A stretch of DNA of 64,000 nt, taken from NCBI GenBank assembly GCA_963776925.1, contig CAVZON010000002.1, forward strand, positions 66,130 through 130,129, written 5' to 3'. Every line of letters begins with the position of its first letter. Positions within the stretch are counted from its first letter, which is position 1. Positions 1-11,661 of the stretch are shown one piece after another. This DNA is from an uncultured Chloroflexia bacterium. Lineage in GTDB: Bacteria > Chloroflexota > Limnocylindria > Limnocylindrales > CSP1-4. The notes beneath the pieces are model-generated. The model saw nothing but the letters and a program-made list of their open reading frames with translations, did not search any database and was not told the origin of the DNA. A program made the translations under genes and the position numbers.

Positions 1-1634
1 CCGGATCATCGCCATCGGCTCCCGGGGCAGTGCACTGGCGCTGATCCAGGCGGGTCTCGTGCGCGATGCGCTGACTCGGGCCGGCCGTCCCAACCGGATC
101 GTCGTCATCGAGACCGAGGGCGATCGCCGCGCTCCGGACACGGCCTGGGGCGAGGGGGCCTTCGTCGGTGCGATCGAGGGGGCGCTGCTCGACGGCCGCA
201 TCGATGTCGCGGTCCACAGCGCGAAGGACGTCCCGACGGACGAGGATCCCCGGCTGTGGATCGCCGCCTACCTGTCCAGGGCGGATCCGCGTGACGCCCT
301 CGTCGTCCGTCGGGACGCGACCCATCGACGTCTGGACGACCTGCCCCCAGGGACCCGCATCGGGACCGACAGCCCGCGTCGGACGGGCTTCCTGCTCGCC
401 CGTCGACCGGACCTGCTCGTCCACCCGCTGCATGGCAACGTCGACACGCGCCTGGGTCGACTCGACGCCGGCGCGACCGACGCGCTCGTGCTGGCATGCG
501 CCGGGCTGGATCGCCTGGGCTGCGGCGATCGGATCGCCGAGCGCCTCTCGCCGGAGGTGGTGCCGCCGGCGCCCGGCCAGGGCGCGATCGCCGTCCAGGT
601 CCGTGCCGACGACCGGACCCTGCACGACCTCGTCGGCGCGATCGACGACCGATCGACCCGGCAGGCGGTCGAGGCCGAACGCGCGTTCCTGGTCGCGACC
701 GGTGGTGGCTGCCGGGCGCCGGTCGGCGCCCTCGCCACGATCGCCGGCGACACGCTCGACCTGCTCGTCGGTCGGGCCGATCCCGACGGCGGCGATGCGC
801 TGGTCGTGCGGCGTTCCGCGCCGGTCGGCGCGCGAGCGGACCTCGGTCGGGAGCTGGCCGACGAGCTGCGCCGGCCCGGGCCGGCGCGTGTCCTCGTGAC
901 CAGGGCGGCCGAGCAGGCCGATGGCCTCCTGTCCGCACTCCGCACCGCCGGTCTCGAGCCCGTGCTGGTCCCGACGATCGAGGTCGAGCTCGAGCCGGCC
1001 GGCGGAGCGCTCGACGAAGCGGCCCGCGACATCGGCCGCTACGCCTGGGTCGTCCTCACCAGCGCGAACGGGGCGCAGGCGCTCCTTCGCGCCGCCGAGC
1101 GGGTGTTCGTGCCATTCGAGGCGACCCGCTTCGCGGCGATCGGGCCGGCGACGCGGGACGTCCTGGCGCGCGAAGGGCTGGATGTCGCGTTCGTCGCCGC
1201 GCCGTGCCGACGCGGCGACCGTCGCGCCGAGGTCCCGGTCGGACCGGGCGAGCGGTGCTCGTCGTTCGGGGCGACCAGGCCGCCCACGACGTCGCGGCCA
1301 CCCTCCGGACCCGGGGAGCCGTCGTCGACGCCGTCGTCGCCTACCGGACCTGCGAAGCACCGGCACGGTCCGGCGCCTTGCTCCGCTCCGCGGTCGATGG
1401 CTACCTCGCCGCCACCGTGTTCACCAGCGGGTCCACGATCCGCGGACTGCTCACCCTCGGCGAGCGGGAGGCCGTCGACGTGCGGTCGATCCCGGCCGTG
1501 TGTCTTGGCCCCGAGACGGCCGCGCTGGCGACGGCAGCCGGGTTCCGCGTCCTCGCCGTCTCGCCAACCCCCGACCCATCGGCGCTCGCCGCAGCCACGG
1601 CCGACGCCCTCGCACGACCGCTCCAGGAGGCACG

Positions 1635-1638
<4 letters not shown>
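1..1638 (+). pseudogene. hemC: Hydroxymethylbilane synthase fused in-frame to uroporphyrinogen-III synthase (HemC-HemD). It is 5'-partial and has one frameshift near 1253.
   Basis: Frame 2 from nt 2 reads RIIAIGSRGSALALIQ..HSAKDVP..APGQGAIAV..GGCRAPVGA (HemC). It runs without a stop into [19 protein letters not shown] (HemD). The HemD C-terminus ([18 protein letters not shown]) sits in frame 1 (ORF 496..1638). The junction gagcggtgctc looks like a GGG->GG loss. Confidence 0.85.
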
Positions 1639-2657
<1,019 letters not shown>

Positions 2658-2661
<4 letters not shown>

Positions 2662-3347
2662 CGACCGACCCGCAGACCTACATCCAGGCGCTCGCGCTCG
2701 GGCTCGATCCGGCGTGGCGTCGGCGGTCGGACGAAGAACGTCTCGACGATGGCCGGCAGTTCCGTGCCGCAGCCGACGCGAGCGACGAGCACGGCGTGCG
2801 CAGCCTCGCCTACTCGTCGGTCGGCCTCGAGCCGGGGGTCGACGTCCTGCTGTGGCGGATGGCCGAGACGGTCGACGCGCTCGAGGCGAGCGCCGCGGCC
2901 CTGCTCCGCGCCGGGCTGGGCCGGTGGTGCACCGTGACGCACTCGCTCCTCGGCCGGATCGGGCCGTCGCAGTACGTGCGCAAGCCGACCGACCAGGAGC
3001 AGTCGCTGTTCGCCGGCGATCGCTCGCGCTACCTCGTCGTCTATCCATTCACGAAGTCGACCGACTGGTACCTCCTGTCGCAGGAATCCCGGCAGGGCGT
3101 GATGAACGAGCACATGCGGGTCGGCCACCGGTACCCGACGATCCGGCAGGCCCTTGCCTACTCGTTCGGCCTCGACTCGCAGGACTTCGTCGTCGCCTAC
3201 GAGACCGACGATCTCGTCGCGTTCGGCGACCTCGTCCGGGCGCTGCGCTCGACCGAGAGCCGACGCTCGACGGTCAGCGACACGCCGATCCTGCTCGGGA
3301 TCCACCGGCCGGTCGAGGAGATCCTCGGCCTGCTGGGGGCGGCCTGA
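2658..3347 (+). CDS. hemQ: Coproheme decarboxylase / chlorite-dismutase-like HemQ.
   Basis: Intact 229-aa ORF with ..YLVVYPFTKSTDWYLLSQESRQGVMNEHMRVGHRYPTIRQ..SFGLDSQDFVVAYETDDL.., typical of the Dyp/Cld-like HemQ family. It is embedded in the heme operon. Confidence 0.85.
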
Positions 3348-4393
3348 TGCGCGATCGGTTCGTGCGCGCGTGCCGGCGCGAGCCCGTCGACGCGACCCCG
3401 GTCTGGTTCATGCGCCAGGCCGGTCGATCGTTCGCCGCCTACCGCTCGCTGCGCGAGCGCTACGGCATCCTCGAACTCGCCAAGACGCCGGAGCTGTGCG
3501 CCGAGGTGACCCTCATGCCCGTCCGTGAGCTTGGCGTCGACGCGGCCGTCCTGTTCGCCGACATCATGTTGCCGCTCGAGCCGATGGGCGTCGGCCTGCG
3601 CATCGAGCCGGAGATCGGCCCGATCATCGACCGGCCGATCCGGTCCGCAGCCGACGTCGCGGCGCTCCAGCCGTTCGAGGCTGGCGACGTGTCGTTCACG
3701 CTCGACGCGATCCGGCTGGTCCGTCGGGAGCTCGGCGGCTCGGCCGGCGTCATCGGGTTCTCCGGGGCGCCGTTCACGCTTGCCTGTTACCTCATCGAGG
3801 GTCGCCCATCGCGCGACTTCGCCACGGCCAAGGCGTTCATGTACCGCGAGCCCGAGGCCTGGCACGCGCTGATGGATCGCCTGTCCACGATGGTCGTGAC
3901 CTACCTCCGCGCCCAGGTCGATGCCGGCGCCGACGTCGTCCAGCTGTTCGACAGCTGGGTCGGTGGCCTTGGTCCGTCCGACTACGTGGCGTTCGTCCAG
4001 CCACACGTGCGACGCATCTTCGGTGCGCTGGAAGACGTGTCGACGATCCACTTCGGGACCGGGACGGCGGCCATCCTCGAGCTCATGGCCGATGCCGGCG
4101 GCGATGTCATCGGCCTCGACCATCGGGTGTCGCTCGCCGACGGCTGGCGGCGGATCGGCCACGATCGAGGGGTCCAGGGCAACCTGGACTCGGCTCGACT
4201 GCTCGCGGGCTGGGAGGCGACCCGGTCCGGTGCCGACGCCGTGCTCCGCGAGGCCGCCGGGCGACCCGGTCACGTGTTCAACCTCGGCCACGGGGTCCTT
4301 CCTGCGACCGACACGGACCTCCTGCGACGGCTCGTCGAGCACGTCCACGAGACGACGGCGCGGACCGAGGCACCCGTCGAGGTGGTCGCATGA
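3347..4393 (+). CDS. hemE: Uroporphyrinogen decarboxylase.
   Basis: Starts at ATG 3347 inside ORF 2714..4393. Reads PVWFMRQAGRSFAAYR..AVLFADIMLPL..GFSGAPFTLACYLIEG..VQLFDSWVG..HVFNLGHGV. The reading frame is intact. Confidence 0.9.
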   Translation: MRDRFVRACRREPVDATPVWFMRQAGRSFAAYRSLRERYGILELAKTPELCAEVTLMPVRELGVDAAVLFADIMLPLEPMGVGLRIEPEIGPIIDRPIRSAADVAALQPFEAGDVSFTLDAIRLVRRELGGSAGVIGFSGAPFTLACYLIEGRPSRDFATAKAFMYREPEAWHALMDRLSTMVVTYLRAQVDAGADVVQLFDSWVGGLGPSDYVAFVQPHVRRIFGALEDVSTIHFGTGTAAILELMADAGGDVIGLDHRVSLADGWRRIGHDRGVQGNLDSARLLAGWEATRSGADAVLREAAGRPGHVFNLGHGVLPATDTDLLRRLVEHVHETTARTEAPVEVVA

Positions 4394-5317
4394 CCGGACA
4401 CGAGCGGGTCGGGGTCCTGCTCATGACCTACGGCTCGCCGGCGACGGTGGCGCGCCTCGACGTCCACGACTACCTCGCCCGGGTTCGCGGCGGACGGGAG
4501 CCCGACCCGGATCTCGTCGATGAGTTCACCCGCCGGTACCAGGTCATCGGTGGCTCACCGCTCATCGGGATCACCCGCGCGCAGGCCGCGGCGCTCGCGG
4601 CGTGCACCGGCTTGTCGGTCGAGGTCGGGATGCGCTTCTCGGAGCCATCCGTCGAGGCTGGCCTGCGAGCGCTCGCAGCCGACGGCGTGACGGCGGTCGT
4701 CGCGATCATCCTGTCGCCCCAGTACTCGCCGCTGCTGATGCGGGGCTATGCGCAGGCGATCGATGCGGCGCGCGAGGCCATGGGTCGGCGGTGCGCCCGA
4801 GGTCAGCGTGGCCGGCGCCTGGCACGGGGAGCCATCGTTCATCGCGGCCCTGGCCGGGCGGATCCGGGAGGCGCTCGAGCGGCTCGGGTCGGAGGAGCGA
4901 AACACGACGCACGTCCTGTTGACCGCACACAGCCTGCCGCGGCGCGTCGCCGACCAGGAACCCGACTATCTCGCCCAGCTGCGGACGACCGCGGAGGCCG
5001 TCGCGGTCGCGGCGGGGCTGGACGCCTCGGCGTGGACCTTCTGCTGGCAGAGCGCGGGCCACGAGCCCGGGGAGTGGATGACCCCGGACTTCGCCGACCT
5101 GATGCCCGTGATCGCCGCTGCCGGCGGCCGGTCCGTGCTCGTGGCTCCGGTCCAGTTCCTGGCCGACCACCTCGAGGTCCTCTACGACATCGACGTCGGG
5201 GCACGCGAGCAGGCCGAGCCCTGCGGCCTGCACTTCGAGCGCATCGAGTCGCTGAACACGGACCCGCGGCTGATCGAGGCGATGGCCAGCGTCGTCGAGG
5301 GCACGCTCGCCCGCTGA
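4390..5317 (+). pseudogene. hemH: Ferrochelatase (coproporphyrin-ferrochelatase type) with one frameshift near 4790.
   Basis: The N-terminal part (VGVLLMTYGSP..YQVIGGSPL..ILSPQYSPLLM) is in ORF 4390... The C-terminal part (WHGEPSFIAAL..LLTAHSLPRRV..CWQSAG..EWMTPD..APVQFLADHLEVLYDID) is in ORF 4748..5317. Confidence 0.85.
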
Positions 5318-5408
5318 CCCGCGTTTGGTCGCGTCCCCGGGTGCAACAGGTCCGTGACGGGGCCCGATTACCGTTGCGTGTCCGGGGCAAGCGCGACCGA
5401 GGGAGTCC

Positions 5409-5966
5409 GTGGACCAGCGCGAGCTCGTCGAGCGAGCCGCTCGAGGCGATCACGATGCGTTCGCCTTGCTCGTCGGCGCGTCCATCGCCCGGCTGGAAGC
5501 CGTCTCCCGCCTCATCCTCCGGGACCAGGAGCTCGCGCGGGACGCCGTCCAGGATGCCTACATCCGCGCCTGGCGCGACCTGCCGGGCCTGCGCGATCCC
5601 GATCGGTTCGATGCCTGGCTCCATCGGCTGACCGTGAACAGCAGCCTCGATGCCATGCGCCGACGCCGACGCCGACCGATCGAGGTCGAGCTGTCGCCGC
5701 TCCTCCCACCGACCGTCGCCGACCAGAGCAGCAGCGTCGTCGACCGGGACCAGCTCGAGCGGGCCTTCCGCCATCTCCGGGCGGACATGCGGGCCGTGCT
5801 CGTCCTGCACTACTACCTCGGCCTGTCCGCCTCCGCGGTGGCCGAGACGCTCGATATCCCGACGGGCACCGCCCAGTCGCGCCTGCACCGGGCGATGGCC
5901 GAACTCCGTGCCGCCGTCGCGGCCGATGAGCGGCTCCCGCTGGATCCCCGGCCGGTCACCGCATGA
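5409..5966 (+). CDS. ECF (sigma-70 family group 4) sigma factor, copy 1.
   Basis: The 185-aa ORF has region 2 (DAVQDAYIRAWRDLPGLRDPDRFDAWLHRLTVN) and region 4 (LVLHYYLGLSASAVAETLDIPTGTAQSRLHRA). Confidence 0.85.
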   Translation: MDQRELVERAARGDHDAFALLVGASIARLEAVSRLILRDQELARDAVQDAYIRAWRDLPGLRDPDRFDAWLHRLTVNSSLDAMRRRRRRPIEVELSPLLPPTVADQSSSVVDRDQLERAFRHLRADMRAVLVLHYYLGLSASAVAETLDIPTGTAQSRLHRAMAELRAAVAADERLPLDPRPVTA

Positions 5967-7189
5967 ACCGACCGGACGCCCTCGAGCGCCAGCTCACTGA
6001 CTGGTTCGCGGAAGCCGCGTCGCCGCGTGTCCCCGACTACACGGAGGACATCGTCCGGGCCGCCGTCGGCACCCGGCAGCGGCCGCGCTGGAGCTTCTCC
6101 GATCGGTGGCTCCCACGTGGCATCGTCACGGTCGCCCGCGTCAGCACGCGGCCACTCCGATGGCGAACGGTCGGTCTGTTTGCGGCGCTCGCCCTGTCGG
6201 TCGCGGCCCTGGCCGGATCCTTCGTCGGGAGCATCTCACGCTTCCCGCCGCCGTTCGGTCCCGCCGCCAACGGCCTCGTCGCGTACGCCGACCAGGGGGA
6301 CATCCTCGTGGTCGATCCGTCCACCGGTGAGCGGATGCCGATCACCAGCGACGCATCGGTCGACCTGGAGCCGCGCTGGTCCCTCGATGGGACCCGGATC
6401 GCGTTCCTGCGGGCCTCGGGGACCGGGTACCTGCTTGCCATCGTCGATCACGACCGACCGACCCACCTGGTGACCTCGGCTGCCGTCCTCGATATCGACA
6501 CCGACGGCATCGAGTGGTCACCGGACGGTCGCTCGATCATGTTCGCGGGCGCGCCCCAGGGTGCCGGTCTGGGCGGCCTCCACGTCATGGACACCACGTC
6601 GGGCGTCGTCACGAGGGTGGCCGTCGACTTCGGCGGCGAAGCCCACTGGCGTCCTGCGGATGGGCGTCAGCTGATGTTCGTGGACGAGACGGGTACCGGT
6701 CCGATCCTGCGGCTCCTCACGCTCGACGACTTGACCGCGACCGACATCGCCAGACCAGCCACGCCTGCCGGATTCATCAGGCCGACCGGCTGGACGCCGG
6801 ACGGACGCCGCGCCGTGTACATGACGATGGAGCCCGACGGCCCGGCAGTCACCCACGTGCTGGACCTGGAGACCGGCGACGAGGTTCGCATCGACGCGGC
6901 CTTCGCCCACGTCTCGAACGACGGCAGTCGGGTGGTCGGGCTCGACCCGCAGGGCTGGATGTGCGTCGCGCCGACGACGGGCGGGGAGTGCCAGAGGATC
7001 GGGACTCCAGACCTGGCGTACGCGGGGACGACCCGTGCCAGCGTGCAGTGGGCACCGGACGACCGGTGGGTCCTCGTGGATCCGGGGTCGGGTGACGGCG
7101 CCGTGATGCTTGACCCGGACGGGATGACCCTGGAGCAGCCGGCGTGGCGCACATCCGGGGGAGCATCCTGGCAGCGCCTCGCACCCTGA
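5963..7189 (+). CDS. Single-pass membrane protein with an anti-sigma-like N-terminus and a TolB/PD40-like beta-propeller ectodomain.
   Basis: There is an ATGA overlap with the sigma gene. It has one TM helix (LFAALALSVAALAGSFVG) and repeated blades (EPRWSLDGTRIAF, EWSPDGRSIMF, TGWTPDGRRAVY, QWAPDDRWVLV). Confidence 0.6.
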   Translation: MNRPDALERQLTDWFAEAASPRVPDYTEDIVRAAVGTRQRPRWSFSDRWLPRGIVTVARVSTRPLRWRTVGLFAALALSVAALAGSFVGSISRFPPPFGPAANGLVAYADQGDILVVDPSTGERMPITSDASVDLEPRWSLDGTRIAFLRASGTGYLLAIVDHDRPTHLVTSAAVLDIDTDGIEWSPDGRSIMFAGAPQGAGLGGLHVMDTTSGVVTRVAVDFGGEAHWRPADGRQLMFVDETGTGPILRLLTLDDLTATDIARPATPAGFIRPTGWTPDGRRAVYMTMEPDGPAVTHVLDLETGDEVRIDAAFAHVSNDGSRVVGLDPQGWMCVAPTTGGECQRIGTPDLAYAGTTRASVQWAPDDRWVLVDPGSGDGAVMLDPDGMTLEQPAWRTSGGASWQRLAP

Positions 7190-7339
7190 GCTGCCTGCCG
7201 AGCCCCGCGTCCCCAGATCGACGGCCAGGTATCGGGCCGACGAGGATGCAACCCTTCTGCACGGCGCCGACCCGACGGATCGGCGCACCGTAGCCCGGCC
7301 GTCTGGTACGACGGTGCCAGAGCCGTGAAGGAGCACCGG

Positions 7340-7840
7340 ATGGACCAGAAGAACCTCGCCGACCTGTACAGCCTCGACCCGATCCCGTGGTCACGAGCAC
7401 TCGCGGCGCTCGAGGCCGCCGACGCACAGCAGCAGACGCCGTTCCTGGCGACGACGCGCCCCGATGGCCGGCCGCACGTCGCGGGGGTCGGCGCGCTGTG
7501 GGACGAGGGCAAGGTCTACTTCGTCAGCGGCGCCGGGACGCGCAAGAGCCGGAACCTGGCCGAGAACCCGGACTGCGTGATCGCGATGTCGCTCAAGGGC
7601 ATCGACATCGAGATCGAGGGCACGGCCGTGAAGGTGTCCGATGACGGGACGCTCCACCGGTTGGCGAAGCGGTACGGCGACCAGGGCTGGCCGGCGACGG
7701 TCAAGGATGGTGCGTTCACCCACGAGTACAGCGCCCCGAGCGCCGGTCCGCCGCCGTGGGACCTCTACGAGGTCGCGCCGAGGACGGTCTTCGCGGTGCT
7801 CAGCGAGGAGCCGGGCGGCGCCACGCGCTGGCGGTTCTAG
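7340..7840 (+). CDS. Pyridoxamine 5'-phosphate oxidase (PPOX)-family / split-barrel flavin-binding protein.
   Basis: Reads ..FLATTRPDGRPHVAGVGALWDEGKVYFVSGAGTRKSRNLAENPDCVIAM... ATG 7340 is preceded by GAAGGAG. The ORF-track start at 7325 lies inside that RBS. Confidence 0.7.
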   Translation: MDQKNLADLYSLDPIPWSRALAALEAADAQQQTPFLATTRPDGRPHVAGVGALWDEGKVYFVSGAGTRKSRNLAENPDCVIAMSLKGIDIEIEGTAVKVSDDGTLHRLAKRYGDQGWPATVKDGAFTHEYSAPSAGPPPWDLYEVAPRTVFAVLSEEPGGATRWRF

Positions 7841-7858
7841 CGCTGCTCGACGATCCGG

Positions 7859-9196
7859 TCAGGCGGCCGCCGCAGGGGCTTGGTCGTCCTCGGTGGCTTC
7901 GCTCCGGGCCGACAGGTACCGGTCGGAGAGGCGGTGATACGGCCGGGACCGTAGGGCGGCAACCGTCACGAGCAGGCCGATGATGCCGACGACGATGAAG
8001 ATCAATGCCATCCCTCGCGCCGGGCCGGTGCCGAACCACGGCCCGATAAGCCCGGCGAGCGCGCCGTCGGTCATCGATGGGAGGATCCAGAACTGCGCGA
8101 TCGGGCCGATCAGGAACGCCGTGACCGGCGCGGCCGCGGTCTCGAGACTCTGGGCGAACCCGAAGACGCGCCCCTGTGCGCTGAACGGCACGACCTTCTG
8201 GATGACCGTTTGCTCCGACGCCTCGGCCACCGGGGCGAGCACCAGGTAGATGAAGAAGCCGAGCGCGAGCGGCAGGATCTCTGACCGGATCGGGAAGCCG
8301 ATCGTCACGACCCACATGACGACGTTGGCGAGGAGCAGGGTCCGGACCGGGTTGGCACCCAGGCCACGTCGGGCTACCGCGATCCCGCCAACGATGAACC
8401 CGAGACTGGTGAACGCGATGAGGATGCCCCACGCCTCGACCGACATGAGCGTCAGCCCATACGGGTCCATCAGCGCCATGAACACCCCGCCCAGGAAGTT
8501 GTTGAACGTCGAGAACAACAACAGGCCGAGCAACCCCGGGATGATGCGGACCTCGCGGATCGCCCCACGCACATCGATGACGCGAGCGCTGTCCTCGCTC
8601 GGCTCGGGGGCGTCCTCGTCGATCCGGATCGTCAGCAGGTGCAGCCCCGCGATCGCGGTGATGACGATCGCGATGAGCACGCACGCGCCCATCCCGAGCA
8701 GGCCGATGGCGAGACCGCTGAACACGGAGGTCAGGGCGAACGACACGCCGTTGGCGGTGCCGACCAGCCCGTTGGCGCGGTCGCGCTCGTCCTCGGGGAC
8801 CAGGAGGGTGACCGTCGTCGACAGCGCGACGGACCGGAGATTGCCGGCGATCGCTCCCAACAACACCAGCGTGATGAACGCCCAGAACGCGATGTCGCCG
8901 AGGTCGCGGAGAGCCGAGCCCGGCGCGACGAGGAAGACCACCCCGGCCAGGGAGAAGGCCACGAGCGACAACGCGCTCGACAACAGCATCGATGTCCGCC
9001 GTCGATGCCGGTCCACGAAGGTCCCGAAGACCATCGCCGACGCCGCCACCAGCAGCATGTAGCCGCCGCCGATGATCGCCGTCGCGAGGACCGACAGGGT
9101 CTCGAGGTAGACCCAGAACGTCAGGGCGAACCACAGGAAGTTGTTGGTGACGCTGGCCACCAGCGTGTTGGCGACCAGCAGGTGGAAGGTCCGCAT
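7859..9196 (-). CDS. MFS transporter.
   Basis: Intact 445-aa ORF with about 12 hydrophobic helices and the loop FGTFVDRHRRR typical of MFS motif A. Confidence 0.8.
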   Translation of the reverse strand: MRTFHLLVANTLVASVTNNFLWFALTFWVYLETLSVLATAIIGGGYMLLVAASAMVFGTFVDRHRRRTSMLLSSALSLVAFSLAGVVFLVAPGSALRDLGDIAFWAFITLVLLGAIAGNLRSVALSTTVTLLVPEDERDRANGLVGTANGVSFALTSVFSGLAIGLLGMGACVLIAIVITAIAGLHLLTIRIDEDAPEPSEDSARVIDVRGAIREVRIIPGLLGLLLFSTFNNFLGGVFMALMDPYGLTLMSVEAWGILIAFTSLGFIVGGIAVARRGLGANPVRTLLLANVVMWVVTIGFPIRSEILPLALGFFIYLVLAPVAEASEQTVIQKVVPFSAQGRVFGFAQSLETAAAPVTAFLIGPIAQFWILPSMTDGALAGLIGPWFGTGPARGMALIFIVVGIIGLLVTVAALRSRPYHRLSDRYLSARSEATEDDQAPAAAA

Positions 9197-9407
9197 CAGG
9201 GTTCGCTACCGGGGATCCGGGCTCGATCGCTGCTGTGCCAGCTGGATGGGATCGCCGTGTGGCAGGTCGTGGCTACGAGGGTCGCCTGGGGAGATCGGAA
9301 CATCGGTCAACCGTACGGACCGGGACCCGGGCCGGTCAACCGGCCCTGCCGAGCGGCGGCCTTGCATCCCACCGCCACTTGGTGGGCGAACGGGCCGGCG
9401 CACCAGA

Positions 9408-9898
9408 TCATCCCCGATCCTCGGAGGTCGCCATCCCGCGATCGACGAGGTAGGAATCGCGGTCATCGCCGAGGAGGAACCGCGGGCCGTCGCCCGCCCC
9501 CGCGGCGGCATCCTGCGGGTTATACAGACGGCACGTCGCCAGCGATAGGCACCCGCAGCCGATGCAACGACGTGAGCGTCTCGCGCAGCTGCTCGAGCTC
9601 GGCCATCCGTGCGTCGAGCCGGACGGCGCATCGCCCGCGACAGCGACGCCCAGTGCGCCTTCGTCGGCGCGCGATCGAGCGGGAGACCGGCGAGCAGCGT
9701 CGGCGATCTCGTCGAGGGTGAGCCCCACGCGCTGCGCCGACCGGATGAACGCGAGCCGCCGAAGCACGTGCCGCGGATAGACGCGATGCCCGCCGGGCGT
9801 CCGGGCCGCGACGGCATCAGGCCGCTCGTCCTCGTAGAAGCGGATCGCGCGCGGTCGCGTGACCGCTGCGCGCCGCGAGCGTCGCCGATCGTGAGCAC
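9408..9898 (-). pseudogene. soxR: SoxR-type MerR-family redox sensor, broken by at least 4 frameshifts.
   Basis: The pieces are LTIGD.., AIRFYEDE..GGHRVYPRHVLRRLAFIRSAQRVGLTLDEIA, LPLDRAPTKAHWASLS, RMAELEQLRETL, and the [2Fe-2S] motif CIGCGCLSLATCRLYNPQD. They are spread over all three minus-strand frames. Confidence 0.75.
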
Positions 9899-9932
9899 GT
9901 CGTCCTTCGCGGCCACGGTCACGCACGCATCC

Positions 9933-9963
9933 TTGACTTCAAGTGCACTTGAACTCGTAGCGT
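9933..9963 (+). promoter_or_regulatory. MerR/SoxR-type promoter: TTGACT, a 19-nt spacer holding the perfect palindrome TTCAAGTGCACTTGAA, then TAGCGT.
   Basis: Read directly at 9933-9963, between the divergent soxR and transketolase genes. A 19-bp spacer and a CAAGT..ACTTG palindrome are hallmarks of SoxR boxes. Confidence 0.55.
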
Positions 9964-9971
9964 GCGCCGCC

Positions 9972-10667
9972 ATGGATACCACGACCGGACGCGCTCGCGC
10001 GCGTCCGCGCGCTGATGGCCCGGGCGACCGGCGACGAGAAGCACGAGGAGAGCAGCACCTCGACCCTCGACGCGCTGTGGGTCCTGTACGACCGAGTCCT
10101 GCGCGTGGATCCGGCCGATCCGCAAGGGACCGGAGCGCGACCGGTTCGTCCTCAGCGAAGGGCCACGGGCCGGCGTCGCTGTACGCCATCCTCGCGCACG
10201 AAGGGGTTCTTCCCGAGCCGACGGCTCGACACGGTTCATGGAGCACGACGGTCGGCTCGGCTCGCACCCGGACCGGACGCTGGTGCCCGGGATCGAGGCG
10301 TCGACCGGGTCGCTCGGGCACGGCTCGCGATCGCGGTCGGGATCGCGCTCGCGCTGCGCGCCAAGGGTGCACACGAGCCGCGGGACGATCTGCCTCGTCG
10401 GGCGACGCCGAGATGAACGAGGGCTCGAACTGGGAGGCGGTGCTCCTGGCGCCGCACCTGCGGCTCGGCAACCTCACGATGCTCGTGATCGACAACCACA
10501 GCTCGACGACCCGAATGTCGCCGTGGGAGGCGCGGCTCGGCGCGTTCGGGTGGGACGTCGCCGCGGTCGACGGGCACGACAGGACGCGCTCGAGACGGCC
10601 CTCCCCGACGTCGCCACGACCGCACGCCAGTCGCGGTGGTCGCCGACATCCCCCAGGGGAGTGGTGA
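9972..10667 (+). pseudogene. Transketolase, N-terminal (TPP-binding) subunit of a split transketolase, with multiple frameshifts.
   Basis: Fragments STLDALWVLYDRVLRVDPADP, RDRFVLS.G, GSHPDRTLVPGIEASTGSLGHG and GDAEMNEGSNWEAVLLAPHLRLGNLTMLVIDNH are scattered across frames. Confidence 0.75.
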
Positions 10668-10676
10668 TGGCCGACG

Positions 10677-11576
10677 ATGCGGGCCGCGTTCGCGCGGACG
10701 GCGAGCGCCCTGCTCGACGAAGACCCACGGGTGGCGCTCGTGCTCGCCGAGATCAGCGAGGCGGTACCTGACGGCGCGCGATCGCCGGCACCCGGAGCGG
10801 GCGATCAACATCGGGATCGCGGAGGCAGGCGATGGTGGGCGTCGCGGCCGGCTTCGCGATGGAGGGGTTCCACCCGATCGCCCACTCGATCGGCGCCGTT
10901 CGTCGCCGAGCGGCCCGTACGAACAGATGAAGCTCGACATCGGCTACCAGGGGCTCGGTGGGACGTTCGTGGCGATCGGTGGTTCCTACGACTACGCGGC
11001 CGAGGGCGCGACGCACCACGCGCCCGGTGACGTGGGGGTGATGCGCGCGATCCCCCGGATGCAGGTGCTGGCGCCGGGTCACGGCGCACGAGGTCGAGCC
11101 GCTCCTGCGCGCGATCTACGCGAACGGCCGAGCCGACGTACGTTCGGACCAGCTCGACGGCCAACCCGACGCCGTCGCGTGGCGGTCGGCCGCATCGAGG
11201 TGCTGCGCACGCGGCGACCGGCGCCACGATCGTGGCGGTCGGGCCGATGGCGACGAGAACCCTCGCGGCGGTCGCCGACCTCGATGTGACCGTCCTGTAC
11301 GCGACGAGCATGCGGCCGTTCGACGCCGCGACCCTCGCCGCCGTCGCGGCGACGGGCCGGTCGTGATCGTGGTCGAACCCTGCTACGAGGGGACGATGGT
11401 GCCGGTGCTTGCCGAGGCGCTGCGGCACGTGCCGTCGCGATTCAATTCGATCGGGCGTTCCGCGGGCCTTCATCCACGGCTATGGGACCGCCGAGGACCT
11501 CGATGCCAAGGTCGGACTGGATGTCGCCGGGATCCGGCGTCGGGTACTCGCAGCCCTTGGCGGCGTCGAGCCGTGA
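10677..11576 (+). pseudogene. Transketolase, C-terminal (pyrimidine-binding) subunit, with multiple frameshifts.
   Basis: Fragments MRAAFARTASALLDEDPRVALVLAEIS, HPERAINIGIAEAG, YEQMKLDIGYQGLGGTFVAIGGSYDYAAEGATHHAPGDVGVMRAIPRMQVLAPGH and VVEPCYEGTMVPVLAEAL lie in different frames. Confidence 0.75.
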
Positions 11577-11586
11577 CCGGGGGGAG

Positions 11587-11661
11587 TGGAGCCGACACTC
11601 GGATTTGAACCGAGGACCTGCTGTTTACGAAACAGCTGCTCTACCGCTGAGCTATGTCGGC
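11587..11661 (-). tRNA. tRNA-Thr (anticodon CGT), with encoded CCA.
   Basis: The reverse complement is GCCGACA-TA-GCTC-AGCGGTA-GAGC-A-GCTGT-TTCGTAA-ACAGC-AGGTC-CTCGG-TTCAAAT-CCGAG-TGTCGGC-T-CCA. It folds into a full cloverleaf with anticodon CGT. Confidence 0.9.
11625..11661. repeat. Direct repeat copy 1 (37 bp). It equals tRNA-Thr positions 1-37, from the 5' end to the anticodon loop.
   Basis: ttacgaaacagctgctctaccgctgagctatgtcggc is identical to 15092..15128. Confidence 0.85.

Noticed and set aside
9206-10495. A 429-aa minus-strand ORF.
   Set aside because: It is a mixture of soxR fragments and the antisense strand of the transketolase N-terminal subunit, not a gene.
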